Source: Chitinophaga pinensis (GTDB lineage Bacteria > Bacteroidota > Bacteroidia > NS11-12g > UBA955). From it: a stretch of DNA of 64,000 bases. Below the pieces are notes generated by a model. The model was not told the DNA's origin. It saw nothing but the letters and a program-made list of their open reading frames with translations, and made no database searches. The stretch covers positions 67,375 to 131,374 of the forward strand of contig CAMBXL010000004.1 in assembly GCA_945871905.1 (NCBI GenBank). Direction: 5' to 3'. Positions 29,895 through 39,737 of this stretch are shown one piece after another (the stretch's first letter is position 1; each line of letters opens with the position of its first letter). The position numbers were made by a program, and so were the translations under genes.

Positions 29895-30839
29895 ATGCTA
29901 TCTAGAAGGAATATCCGAATCAAAGTTCTTCAACAACTCTATGCTTTCCAACAACAGGAACAGTTATCATTACCTAACTCAATTAAGTCTTTAAAGGAGA
30001 ATTTTAATAATATCTATGATGTTTATTATTTCTGCTTAGAATTTCTATCAGACTTTAATACTTATTTGGAATCAGAACGAGAGATAGAAACTCAAAAATA
30101 CTTTCCATCAAAAACGCACATACTCAAAACGCATGTTATTGATAAGTTGGCTTTTCACACTGCTTTGGAGGAAAGTGAAGATTTCAGACTGTGTAAGTCA
30201 AAATCAAAACACAATTGGCAACAGCATGGTAATTTGTTTGACAAACTTTTTGAAGATTTAGTTCAGTATGACTTTTTTATTGAATACAATATCTTTGATG
30301 AGCCTTCATTAGACGCCCAAAAAACTTTTTTAACCAATTTATATGAATTGTTGTTTAATGAATTCGATTTATTTGACAGCATATTGTCAGACGAATATGT
30401 GTTGTGGGAAGATGACTCTGCAGACGTATTGCAGTCGATAATCAAAACCATTGACAAGTTTTACGAAAAACAAAAACTATCTATAGAGAAACCCGCTGCA
30501 AAACAATTGGAAGCAATGCAATTTGGCGAAGAGTTATTGTCAAAATGTGTGGTTGAAAAAGACTATTTGGATGATTTAATCAGCAAAAATACATCGAATT
30601 GGGATTCAGAACGATTAACTATTATGGACATTATTATGTTAAGAATGGCATTGTCTGAGTTTTTATATTTTGAAACAATTCCTCCTAAAGCCACTATCAA
30701 TGAGTATTTAGATATTGCTAAAGTATACAGTACTCCCAAAAGTCACGTATTTTTGAATGGCGTTTTAGACAAAATCAGAAAACTATTGGTTGAAGATGGT
30801 AAATTGATAAAATCAGGAATTGGATTGAAAAACGATTAA
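29895..30839 (+). CDS. nusB: transcription antitermination factor NusB (long Bacteroidota form)
   Basis: RRNIRIKVLQQLYAFQQ N-terminus and a C-terminal NusB fold (ERLTIMDIIMLRMALSEFLYF...YLDIAKVYSTPKSHVFLNGVLDKI). A TAtaTTTG -7 box at 29866-29873 supports the internal Met start at 29895. Confidence 0.75.
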   Translation: MLSRRNIRIKVLQQLYAFQQQEQLSLPNSIKSLKENFNNIYDVYYFCLEFLSDFNTYLESEREIETQKYFPSKTHILKTHVIDKLAFHTALEESEDFRLCKSKSKHNWQQHGNLFDKLFEDLVQYDFFIEYNIFDEPSLDAQKTFLTNLYELLFNEFDLFDSILSDEYVLWEDDSADVLQSIIKTIDKFYEKQKLSIEKPAAKQLEAMQFGEELLSKCVVEKDYLDDLISKNTSNWDSERLTIMDIIMLRMALSEFLYFETIPPKATINEYLDIAKVYSTPKSHVFLNGVLDKIRKLLVEDGKLIKSGIGLKND

Positions 30840-30874
30840 TATTATTATTTTTGCAAACAAATACGAATATCAAT

Positions 30875-31357
30875 ATGAAAAAAAACATTGCACTAACATT
30901 AGGCACTTCTTTCATTCTAACTATTATGAGTTCTTGCGACAATCAACCTGCAAGCGAAACTAACAATGTACCGGTTGATATGATAGAAAATCCTTCAACC
31001 TCAAGCGATCCTGCAAAAACAACAGAGATGCTAACTGAAATAACTTTTGATAACTTAAACCACGATTTTGGTGATATTATTGAAAAACAAAAAGTAGAAC
31101 ATACTTTTACGTTTAAAAACACTGGAAAAATTGATTTATTAATTAACAATTGTGAAGCAGCTTGTGGATGTACTGTTCCAAGATGGCCAAAACAACCAAT
31201 CAAACCAGGAGAAACTGGAGATATAAAAGTGGTTTTTGACAGTGAGGGTCGTTCAGGTGTTAACAACAAAATGGTGACAGTGTATGCCAACATCCCAGAC
31301 AACAAAATCGTTTTAAATTTCAGAGCTAACGTTAGAGCCGTTCAAAATCAAGAATAA
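30875..31357 (+). CDS. DUF1573 domain lipoprotein
   Basis: Signal/lipobox (MKKNIALTLGTSFILTIMSSCDN) then FDNLNHDFGDI...FTFKNTGKIDLLI...CGCTVP, characteristic of DUF1573. The conserved nusB-DUF1573-yajC neighbourhood also supports the call. Confidence 0.7.
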   Translation: MKKNIALTLGTSFILTIMSSCDNQPASETNNVPVDMIENPSTSSDPAKTTEMLTEITFDNLNHDFGDIIEKQKVEHTFTFKNTGKIDLLINNCEAACGCTVPRWPKQPIKPGETGDIKVVFDSEGRSGVNNKMVTVYANIPDNKIVLNFRANVRAVQNQE

Positions 31358-31366
31358 TAATTCAAT

Positions 31367-31687
31367 ATGTTACATTTATCTATAATAATGCAAGCTCCTG
31401 CTCAAGGAGGAAGTTCAACCTCATTTTTCATAATGATGGGTTTAATGGTCGTGGTTATGTATTTTTTCATGATCCGTCCTCAACAAAAGAAAGTAAAATT
31501 ACAAAAAACCTTTGTTGAAGGTTTAAAAAAGGGTGATTTTATTGTTACAACTGGTGGAATTCACGGTAAAGTGTATTCTGTTGATGATGCAACTATAGTA
31601 GTTGAAACTGAAGGAATGTCTAAATTAAAATTAGAAAAAGCTTCAATTTCAGCTGACTTAAGTGCTCCTTTAAACAAACAAGCTTAA
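31367..31687 (+). CDS. yajC: preprotein translocase subunit YajC
   Basis: Single TM helix followed by MIRPQQKK and GDFIVTTGGIHGKV, the YajC signature. Confidence 0.8.
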   Translation: MLHLSIIMQAPAQGGSSTSFFIMMGLMVVVMYFFMIRPQQKKVKLQKTFVEGLKKGDFIVTTGGIHGKVYSVDDATIVVETEGMSKLKLEKASISADLSAPLNKQA

Positions 31688-31699
31688 TTATACTTTGCC

Positions 31700-32290
31700 A
31701 TGATTAAACTTGGCATTACAGGAGGTATTGGAAGTGGGAAAACTACTGTTTGCAAACATTTTGCTCAGTTAGGTATTCCCATTTACAATGCAGATGAAAG
31801 AGCTAAACACCTAGTCAATCATCAAAAAGATTTACAAAAAGAAATTATACTTCATTTTGGTGAAGATAGTTTTATTAATGGGGAATACAATAAATCGTAT
31901 ATCTCAAATATTGTTTTTAAAGATTCTCAAAAACTTAAGATTCTCAATCACATTATACACCCTTATGTATTTAATGATTGGGAATCTTTTTGTTTCACGC
32001 ACCAAGCTTCGCCTTATGTAATTAAAGAAGCTGCAATAATGCTTGAAACTGAAAGTAAAAATACAGTTGACCGAATTGTATTAGTTTATTCACCTATTGA
32101 ATTACGTATTAAACGTGTTATGCTAAGGGATGGCATTGATGAAACTTTAGTACTTAATCGCATTAAACAACAAATGCCTGACGAAGAAAAAATGAAACTT
32201 GTTGATTATATCATTTACAATGATGAAAAACAATCGTTGGAAAATCAGGTAATGAACCTACACCAACTATTAACTGAAAACCCGAATTAG
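31700..32290 (+). CDS. coaE: dephospho-CoA kinase
   Basis: MIKLGITGGIGSGKTTV P-loop and CoaE length. Confidence 0.9.
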   Translation: MIKLGITGGIGSGKTTVCKHFAQLGIPIYNADERAKHLVNHQKDLQKEIILHFGEDSFINGEYNKSYISNIVFKDSQKLKILNHIIHPYVFNDWESFCFTHQASPYVIKEAAIMLETESKNTVDRIVLVYSPIELRIKRVMLRDGIDETLVLNRIKQQMPDEEKMKLVDYIIYNDEKQSLENQVMNLHQLLTENPN

Positions 32291-33591
32291 CTTTCCTTTT
32301 TTGGTTCATGAAGCAATCCTTCAGACTTAGCAATAATCATTGCAACAACAGCATCACCGGTAACATTAATAGTAGTTCTAAACATATCTAATGGTCTGTC
32401 GATAGCAAATATTAATGCCAATCCAGCTTCAGGAATTCCAGCTTGAGCTAAAACAATAACCAACATTACCATACCAGCACCAGGAACGGCAGCACTTCCA
32501 ATAGAAGCCAATGTTGCTGTAGCAATAATTCCTAATTGAGTGTATAAAGATAATTCCATACCAAATGCTTGTGCTATAAAAACAGCTGCTACAGCTTGAT
32601 ATAAACTTGTTCCATCCATATTAACAGTAGCGCCAATTGGTAGAACAAAACTAGCAACTTCTTCGTCTACCCCTAAATGCTCCTCTACCCTTTCCATTGT
32701 AACAGGTAACGTTGCAGCACTTGAGCTTGTAGAAAATGCCAAAAGTTGAGCTGGTAACATACCATTTATAAAGAATTTTGGAGTTTTTTTGGTAAATACA
32801 TACACCAAAAAAAAGTAAAATAACATAATAACTGCCAATCCTAAAATTACGGTTAAGGCATAAATACCCAAGGCCTTAAACAAATCAACAGAGGGAGATT
32901 CTACAACCAAAGCAGTCATTAATGCAAATACTCCAAACGGAGCAACTTTCATTATTAAATCAATAATTTTCAAAATCAACTCATTGAGGCTGTCAAAGAA
33001 ATCAATCAATGGTTTTGCTTTTTCTTGGGGTATAAGAATTAAACCAATTCCCATTAGTATTGCAAAGAAAATAACTTGAAGCATATTGCCATTATCTGAG
33101 GCTGCTTTAACTATATTAGAAGGAACAATATCTTCTATGGCTTTTAACGGACTTTGACTTTTTTGGCTTTCGGCCATTTCGATTTTTGATTGGGCTTCAC
33201 TTTCAAAGTTTTTGAGAAGTTCTTGCTTAGTTGATTGTTCTAAAAAATCACCGGGTTGAAGAATATTAACCATAACTAGTCCAATAGAAACTGCAATAAC
33301 GGTCGTTATCAAATATAATCCAATGGTTTTGAATCCCATTTTTGATAATTTCGAAATATCTTTTAAATCAGTAACACCTTTTATGAGTGATGCTAATATT
33401 AATGGAACAGCAATTACTTTTAAAGCATTAATAAAAATATTACCAAAAGGTTTTATCCAATTAAGAGCGAATAATTTGCCAAAAGGAAATTGAATTAACA
33501 AGATGGCAACCAAAATACCCATGGCCATACCAAGTAAAATTTTCCAATGCAATGCAAGTTTTTTCATACAATTTATAATTGTTGCAAACAT
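32287..33591 (-). CDS. dicarboxylate/amino acid:cation symporter (DAACS family, GltP-like)
   Basis: Typical DAACS hairpin motifs (SSSAATLP, NMDGT) and 8 TM segments plus 2 re-entrant loops. 4-bp convergent overlap with coaE. Confidence 0.85.
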   Translation of the reverse strand: MFATIINCMKKLALHWKILLGMAMGILVAILLIQFPFGKLFALNWIKPFGNIFINALKVIAVPLILASLIKGVTDLKDISKLSKMGFKTIGLYLITTVIAVSIGLVMVNILQPGDFLEQSTKQELLKNFESEAQSKIEMAESQKSQSPLKAIEDIVPSNIVKAASDNGNMLQVIFFAILMGIGLILIPQEKAKPLIDFFDSLNELILKIIDLIMKVAPFGVFALMTALVVESPSVDLFKALGIYALTVILGLAVIMLFYFFLVYVFTKKTPKFFINGMLPAQLLAFSTSSSAATLPVTMERVEEHLGVDEEVASFVLPIGATVNMDGTSLYQAVAAVFIAQAFGMELSLYTQLGIIATATLASIGSAAVPGAGMVMLVIVLAQAGIPEAGLALIFAIDRPLDMFRTTINVTGDAVVAMIIAKSEGLLHEPKKES

Positions 33592-33709
33592 ATTAAATTT
33601 TCTAATACAATAAGCGGGTTTGATATAATTTTATAATTAATAGACAATTCAATTTTTCTATTACAAACTTTCAACTATTTAATCATTAACTATTATATTC
33701 GCAAACAGA

Positions 33710-36043
33710 ATGCGTATATCATTGAATTGGCTCAAAAGCCTAGTATCACTTGATTTGAATCCTGTTGAGATTGAACAAATACTAACTTCAACAGGGCTAG
33801 AGGTTGAAGGTTATGAAGAAATTTCCTCCATAAAGGGTGGTTTAAAAGGTCTAGTAGTTGGAGAAGTAATGGAATGCGAAAAGCATCCAAATGCTGATAA
33901 ATTAAGCTTAACCAAAGTTGACATTGGCAATGATGCATTATTGTCAATTGTATGTGGGGCACCAAATGTTGCCAAAGGTCAAAAAGTAATTGTTGCCACC
34001 GTTGGAACAACTATTTTTCCTTTAAAAGGAGAATCTTTTACCATTCAAAAAGCAAAAATTAGAGGTGAAGCAAGTGAGGGAATGTTATGTGCCGAGGACG
34101 AAATCGGTTTAGGCGAAAGTCATGATGGAATAAAAATACTCCCTAACGACATCCAAATAGGCTCATCCGTTGCTGATTATTTTAAAGTCGAAAATGATAT
34201 TGTATTTGAAATTGGATTAACTGCCAATCGTGGTGATGCTGCCTCACATATAGGTGTTGCTAGAGAATTGGGTACAGTTTTAAATTTACCATTAAACACA
34301 TTATCTAGCCTTACTTTACAAGCAAGCGCCTCTTTTCCTATTAATATTAATGTAAAGCAAACTTCTGCTGCTCCGCGATATTCGGCATTAATTGTAAAAA
34401 ATGTAAAAGTTGCTGAAAGCCCTGAGTGGTTAAAAAATAAATTAAACACAATTGGCATTAAGTCGATTAACAACTTGGTTGACTTGAGCAATTATGTTTT
34501 GCATGAATTGGGTCAGCCGCTTCATTTTTTCGACTTGGATAAAATTAACAATCAATCATTAAGCATTGATTTTTCAAAAGTAGGTGATAAATTCATTGCT
34601 TTAGACGGTAGTGAATACAATTTGAAAGGCAATGAATTGATGATTTCAGATGAAAAACAACATCTGTGTATGGCGGGAGTTTATGGTGGTTCAAACAGTG
34701 GTGTTACCGAACAAACAAAAAACATACTAATAGAAAGTGCCTATTTTTCGCCAGATACTGTTAGAAAAGCAGCCAAACAACATGGAATTTCAACCGATTC
34801 CTCTTACCGTTTTGAACGTGGAACCGACCCTGAAATGACAGTAAAAGCGCTTGAAAGAACTGCTTACTTATTAACTGAACTATTGGGTCAATCTATTGAA
34901 ATTAGTGGTTTTTTTGATTGTTATCCTGAAACATTACATCCATTTAATGTTAAGCTTTCCATTTCTAAAATTAAAAAGATTGCTGGAATTGATATCCCTG
35001 TAGAGCGTATCCGACAAATTTTAAACGGATTAGGAATTACGATAAGTGAAACCGAAGGTGATAATTGGCATTTATTAGTGCCAAGATTCAAAGGAGATGT
35101 AACGAGAGACATTGATGTTATTGAAGAATTACTAAGAATATATGGGTTAAACCAAATCCCATTGAATAAGCAGATTCAAATGTCACTTGACTACAGACCG
35201 GCAAACACACTGTTTCAAACTCAAAAACAAATTACAAGTTTGCTCGTTGGTATGGGATTTCATGAAATAATGACCAATTCATTGAGTTCTGACAAGTATT
35301 ATGAAGACAAGTCGAAATTGGTTTACATGAGCAATCCTCTAAGTAGTGAAATGAATGTAATGCGTCAGAATTTACTTTATTCAACTTTAGAATCCATTGT
35401 ATATAACAAAAACAGAAAACAGAATAACACGCATTTTTTTGAGTTTGGAAAAACCTATATCAACAAAGAAGAAGGTTTTGCAGAGCAAGATCAATTAATA
35501 ATAGGTTGTTCGGGCAACAATCACAACGAAAGTTGGGAAAGCAAACAAAAATCAGCAGATTTTTACTTTTTAAAATCTATTGTTTCTAGAATTTGTGATT
35601 TTTATCAAACTCCTATTAAACAAGTAAAAATTGAAAAAGTAGATTCTGCAACCCTTAAGGTTTTCAACTTGAAAGATGATGTCTATTATTCCATCATTTA
35701 TTGGCATGATTTGGATAAAAACAAATCACAAAAGGCATTTAAACTTGAAGATATTCCTGTTTTACCCAGCGTTAGAAGAGATTTGAGTTTGGTATTGGAA
35801 AAAGAAGTGAATTTTATAGAAGTTGAGAAAATAATAAAGAAAGTGGGGATTAAGCACTTGATTAATACCAATGTTTTCGACGTTTATCAGGGAAAACCAT
35901 TAGAATCAAACCAAAAATCCATGAGTTTGAGTTTTGAGTTTTTTAATAAAGAAAAAACGCTAACTGACGAGGAAATAGATCCACAAATGGAATTGTTAAT
36001 GACTCAATTTGAAAATCAATTAAAAGCAATTATTCGAAAATAA
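33710..36043 (+). CDS. pheT: phenylalanine--tRNA ligase beta subunit
   Basis: MRISLNWLKSLV N-terminus, tRNA-binding OB domain, B3/B4 and B5 domains, and the C-terminal FDX-ACB domain. Confidence 0.9.
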   Translation: MRISLNWLKSLVSLDLNPVEIEQILTSTGLEVEGYEEISSIKGGLKGLVVGEVMECEKHPNADKLSLTKVDIGNDALLSIVCGAPNVAKGQKVIVATVGTTIFPLKGESFTIQKAKIRGEASEGMLCAEDEIGLGESHDGIKILPNDIQIGSSVADYFKVENDIVFEIGLTANRGDAASHIGVARELGTVLNLPLNTLSSLTLQASASFPININVKQTSAAPRYSALIVKNVKVAESPEWLKNKLNTIGIKSINNLVDLSNYVLHELGQPLHFFDLDKINNQSLSIDFSKVGDKFIALDGSEYNLKGNELMISDEKQHLCMAGVYGGSNSGVTEQTKNILIESAYFSPDTVRKAAKQHGISTDSSYRFERGTDPEMTVKALERTAYLLTELLGQSIEISGFFDCYPETLHPFNVKLSISKIKKIAGIDIPVERIRQILNGLGITISETEGDNWHLLVPRFKGDVTRDIDVIEELLRIYGLNQIPLNKQIQMSLDYRPANTLFQTQKQITSLLVGMGFHEIMTNSLSSDKYYEDKSKLVYMSNPLSSEMNVMRQNLLYSTLESIVYNKNRKQNNTHFFEFGKTYINKEEGFAEQDQLIIGCSGNNHNESWESKQKSADFYFLKSIVSRICDFYQTPIKQVKIEKVDSATLKVFNLKDDVYYSIIYWHDLDKNKSQKAFKLEDIPVLPSVRRDLSLVLEKEVNFIEVEKIIKKVGIKHLINTNVFDVYQGKPLESNQKSMSLSFEFFNKEKTLTDEEIDPQMELLMTQFENQLKAIIRK

Positions 36044-36051
36044 TTTAGTTC

Positions 36052-36363
36052 ATGGAAGCGATAATTCAACGTTTGGAAACAATAAAGTTAAAGATTGCAT
36101 CAATTCACTCTAGCAACAGTGAATTATCCGCTATTATTAAACAAAAGAACAAAGAAATTGAACGCTTAAAAAAGTTAGTTGAAATTCAAAATAACACTAT
36201 CAAAGAGCAAGAATACAAACTAAAAGTAAAAAGTATTGCCGAACAAGCACTCTCAAATGATGATGAATCAAGTCAATCGTTAAAAAAACGTGAATTGAAA
36301 TTCAAAATTAATGAAATGCTTAAAGAACTTGACAAACTATCTCATTTAATACATCAATCCTAA
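36052..36363 (+). CDS. small coiled-coil protein (ZapA/ZapB-like?)
   Basis: 103 aa, almost entirely heptad-repeat helix. Starts 9 bp after pheT. Confidence 0.4.
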   Translation: MEAIIQRLETIKLKIASIHSSNSELSAIIKQKNKEIERLKKLVEIQNNTIKEQEYKLKVKSIAEQALSNDDESSQSLKKRELKFKINEMLKELDKLSHLIHQS

Positions 36364-36836
36364 TGAAACACTTTTCAACACACTCTAAAATCTGGATTTA
36401 CTTTTCTGGCGCCCCAATTAAAGGAGAAAAAAAAGATTTTGTTTCTTCAAAACTAGAGCATTTTTGCAAAGATTGGACAGCACACAATCAGCAACTTAAA
36501 TCTTCATTTGATATTATCGATGAACATTTCATAGTGCTGTGTGTAGATGAATCTCAAAATACAGCTACAGGTTGTAGTATTGATAAAAGCGTTCATGTTC
36601 TTAAAGAAATATCTAACTTTTTGAATGTTAATCTTTTCGATAAAATGTTACTTCCCTATCACAATGGAAATGGTATAGAATATTGTCATTTTCAGAACAT
36701 TTCTAACTTGTATAAAAACAGCACAATCACTGATGACACCCATTTCTATAATTTAACAATCAATTTTTTGTCAGACTTACAAACAGAATTTAAATTGCCA
36801 TTAAAACAACATTGGTTGAGTAAACACATACACTAA
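36363..36836 (+). CDS. hypothetical protein
   Basis: 157-aa ORF whose start overlaps the stop of the upstream gene. No recognisable motif. Confidence 0.4.
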   Translation: MKHFSTHSKIWIYFSGAPIKGEKKDFVSSKLEHFCKDWTAHNQQLKSSFDIIDEHFIVLCVDESQNTATGCSIDKSVHVLKEISNFLNVNLFDKMLLPYHNGNGIEYCHFQNISNLYKNSTITDDTHFYNLTINFLSDLQTEFKLPLKQHWLSKHIH

Positions 36837-36838
36837 AA

Positions 36839-37414
36839 ATGCAATCAAACTACAGAAACTACAACACTTGGTTCAGACTTACCCATTGGTTATTAGCCTT
36901 AGGGATTGTCTTTATCTCATTAACTATATTTTTGCGATTAAATTGGATGAACAAAGATGTAATGTCCACAATATTGCAAACTGAATTGGCTAAAATTGAC
37001 ATCGTTATTGAAAAAGATGCAAGCATAAAAATAGCTAAAAAAATAAGAAACGAAATGTGGAAATGGCATGTTTACGCAGGCTATTTTCTGGTATTTGTTT
37101 TTTTACTCCGTTTATTAATGGCAAGTATCGGTAAAATGATTTTTCTAAATCCTTTTCAAGATGGATTAACAATGAAACAAAAGTTTCAAGCTTGGGTTTA
37201 TCTAAGTTTTTACTTTCTAATGTTTATTTCACTCTTAACCGGATTATTGATTGAATTTGGACCTGATTACTTGCATGAAACCATGGAAACTATTCACAAA
37301 CTGTCTTTGTATTATTTAATAAGTTTTATTGTTTTACATTTTGGCGGACTATTGATTGCTGAAAAAGTAGAAAAACAGTCTTTGGTTTCAAAAATGATTG
37401 CCTCAAAAGAATAA
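36839..37414 (+). CDS. cytochrome b561 / Ni-Fe hydrogenase b-type cytochrome family membrane protein
   Basis: Four TM helices with conserved His in TM1 (LTHWLLALG) and TM2 (WHVYAGY), as in the bis-heme cytochrome b family. Confidence 0.55.
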   Translation: MQSNYRNYNTWFRLTHWLLALGIVFISLTIFLRLNWMNKDVMSTILQTELAKIDIVIEKDASIKIAKKIRNEMWKWHVYAGYFLVFVFLLRLLMASIGKMIFLNPFQDGLTMKQKFQAWVYLSFYFLMFISLLTGLLIEFGPDYLHETMETIHKLSLYYLISFIVLHFGGLLIAEKVEKQSLVSKMIASKE

Positions 37415-37416
37415 AC

Positions 37417-37605
37417 ATGAAAAAAATAACTATACTTTCTTTTTTCCTAAATTTTGTGATAACAGCTTGTAATTCAGGTAATACGACCGAAGAAACTAAA
37501 GTAAAAGACTCTGTTGAGAATGTCGAAGTTAAGTCTGTAGAAACAATTATACAGAATGAAGATTCGCTAATGGAGGCGAAGAAAAAGGAATTGGGTATCG
37601 AATAA
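37417..37605 (+). CDS. small putative lipoprotein
   Basis: 62 aa. MKKITILSFFLNFVITACNSG lipobox. Starts 3 bp after the cytochrome b gene. Confidence 0.3.
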   Translation: MKKITILSFFLNFVITACNSGNTTEETKVKDSVENVEVKSVETIIQNEDSLMEAKKKELGIE

Positions 37606-37610
37606 ATTAA

Positions 37611-39017
37611 TTAAAGTGTAAAAGAATCTTCGTAAGCAGGAAGTACAACACTTTCCAAGTCTATTTTATCTTTAAACTTTTGCATACTATTCAAATCTCC
37701 ATGAACTAAAAATATCTTTTTCAAAGATTTATAGTTACAATCATTCAAAAATTTCATCAAGCCATCTTGGTCAGGATGTGCGCTAAAAACGTCGGTTCTT
37801 GCTATTTTGGCATAAACTTGTTTTGGTTTATAATTGATAAATACCATTGGTTTTCCCATCAATAATTCGTGACCAAAAGTACCCTCTGCACAAAATCCAG
37901 CTATCAATATAGTACTGTATGCATCACTAATATGATTTCTGATGTGTTCTTGAATTCTTCCACCTTCTACCATTCCGGCTGCAGAAACAATAACCGCTGG
38001 CTCGGGAGTTAAACTAATCAATTCACTGTCTTTTGAATTTTCGATGACATACAAATTTGGGAAATTGAATAAATCGCCATGTTCTTTGGTAAACAATTGC
38101 GCTTCTTCATTGAGGTATTTCTTGTATTTGTCGTACAATCTAGTCGTTTTAATAGCCAAAGGACTGTCAGTATATATCTTAATGGTTTCTGGAAGTAAAC
38201 CTTTGATAGACAATTGCTTTAATGTAAAAATAATGGATTGTGTTCTTCCAACACTGAAGGCAGGTATCACCAATTTACCTCCATATTTAACACAAGTTGC
38301 ATTGATGTATTCTAAAAGTAAAGCTTCAGCATCATTGTGAGGTGTATGCAATCTTCCACCATAAGTACTTTCAGTAACTAGATAATCTAATCCCGGCATT
38401 GGAGTAGGATCTTTAACTAATTTAGAATTGTAATTTCCCAAATCACCTGTAAACCCAAGGACTTTGGTTTCGCCATTTTCATGAATTGTTAACTTAACGG
38501 AAGCAGCCCCTAAAATATGTCCTGCTTCAAACAGCTCAATAGTTAATTCATCATTTACAATGAAAGGTTTATTGAATGCCAAAGCAACCATTGCGTCACT
38601 TGTTTGATTGATATGAACTTTTTGATATAAAGCTTTAGCATCGCTTTTAGTATTAACTCTTTTAAACTTGTTCTTTTTACCCTTGTGTTTTCTTGTTTCG
38701 ATTAACTGAACATTGAGTGAATCGAGCAATAAATTGGTGGTAAGTTCAACTGTTGGTTCAGAACAAATTATTTGACCATTGTAGCCTTGGCTGATTAAGT
38801 TGGGAATATTTCCTGAGTGGTCGATGTGTGAATGGGTGAGAATCAATAAGTCAATTTCATTCGGCAAAAAGGGGAAATTTCTATTGTTTTTTTCAAAATC
38901 ATTTCTATTCTCATAATCCAAACCACAGTCAATCAAAACCTTGTAACCACTATTAAGCGTTAATAAGTGCATACTTCCGGTTACTTGCTGCGCGGCACCA
39001 TAAAATGTAATATTCAT
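37611..39017 (-). CDS. MBL-fold metallo-hydrolase with beta-CASP RNA-metabolising domain
   Basis: HSHIDHSG zinc-binding motif, a downstream beta-CASP region and a C-terminal RNA-specificity-like domain. 468 aa. Confidence 0.75.
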   Translation of the reverse strand: MNITFYGAAQQVTGSMHLLTLNSGYKVLIDCGLDYENRNDFEKNNRNFPFLPNEIDLLILTHSHIDHSGNIPNLISQGYNGQIICSEPTVELTTNLLLDSLNVQLIETRKHKGKKNKFKRVNTKSDAKALYQKVHINQTSDAMVALAFNKPFIVNDELTIELFEAGHILGAASVKLTIHENGETKVLGFTGDLGNYNSKLVKDPTPMPGLDYLVTESTYGGRLHTPHNDAEALLLEYINATCVKYGGKLVIPAFSVGRTQSIIFTLKQLSIKGLLPETIKIYTDSPLAIKTTRLYDKYKKYLNEEAQLFTKEHGDLFNFPNLYVIENSKDSELISLTPEPAVIVSAAGMVEGGRIQEHIRNHISDAYSTILIAGFCAEGTFGHELLMGKPMVFINYKPKQVYAKIARTDVFSAHPDQDGLMKFLNDCNYKSLKKIFLVHGDLNSMQKFKDKIDLESVVLPAYEDSFTL

Positions 39018-39110
39018 TGTAATTTATTAATAAATGATTTTTCTTAATTCAACGGAAAAAAATGTAAAATATAAAACCTAAACATTCGTTGAATTGTTAT
39101 CTATCATTAC

Positions 39111-39629
39111 ATGCAAACAAAAGTATTAATAAGAAGTTTAAATTTTGATAAACATTATCAACATTGGTTAGTAAATCAAAAGGAAGAAATTTTGAATATC
39201 TTTAATGAATTGATGTCTAGTGAACTACTTGGAGAAGATAACGATTATTTTTCAATTTCAAAAACTTCGTCACAAACAACCTTGTGCTTGAACGACAATT
39301 CCCTCCCAATTGATACTTTTAGTTTTTTGATGGATTATTTTTTTACTGTATTAACTCAAAATAAGTACTATAAATATATGAGTGATGAACGAGTTGAACC
39401 TTCAAAATCAGAAGCATTACTTTCTATTTACAGGCATTATTTGAAACCAGATGTTCCTTATGAAGAAACAATTAAAAACAATGCTTATTTGTTATTTGGA
39501 AATATTACCATTGAACATCGATTTAACAACAATACCAATATGTTGGGAATTACTTGTAATTATTACAGTCAGAAACAGTATGATAGTTTTGAAAAACTGA
39601 TGGAAATTCTTTTAAAACAAACAGTTTAA
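39111..39629 (+). CDS. hypothetical protein
   Basis: 172-aa ORF with no recognisable motif, divergent from the MBL-fold gene. Confidence 0.35.
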   Translation: MQTKVLIRSLNFDKHYQHWLVNQKEEILNIFNELMSSELLGEDNDYFSISKTSSQTTLCLNDNSLPIDTFSFLMDYFFTVLTQNKYYKYMSDERVEPSKSEALLSIYRHYLKPDVPYEETIKNNAYLLFGNITIEHRFNNNTNMLGITCNYYSQKQYDSFEKLMEILLKQTV

Positions 39630-39737
39630 AAAGTTGGTGTGGAAAAAAAATCTCACAACTTTCTGAAATATTTAATTCTATTTTATATATAATTGCATTA
39701 ATTATACCAAAAAATACAAATTTTGGGAGTAACAAAT

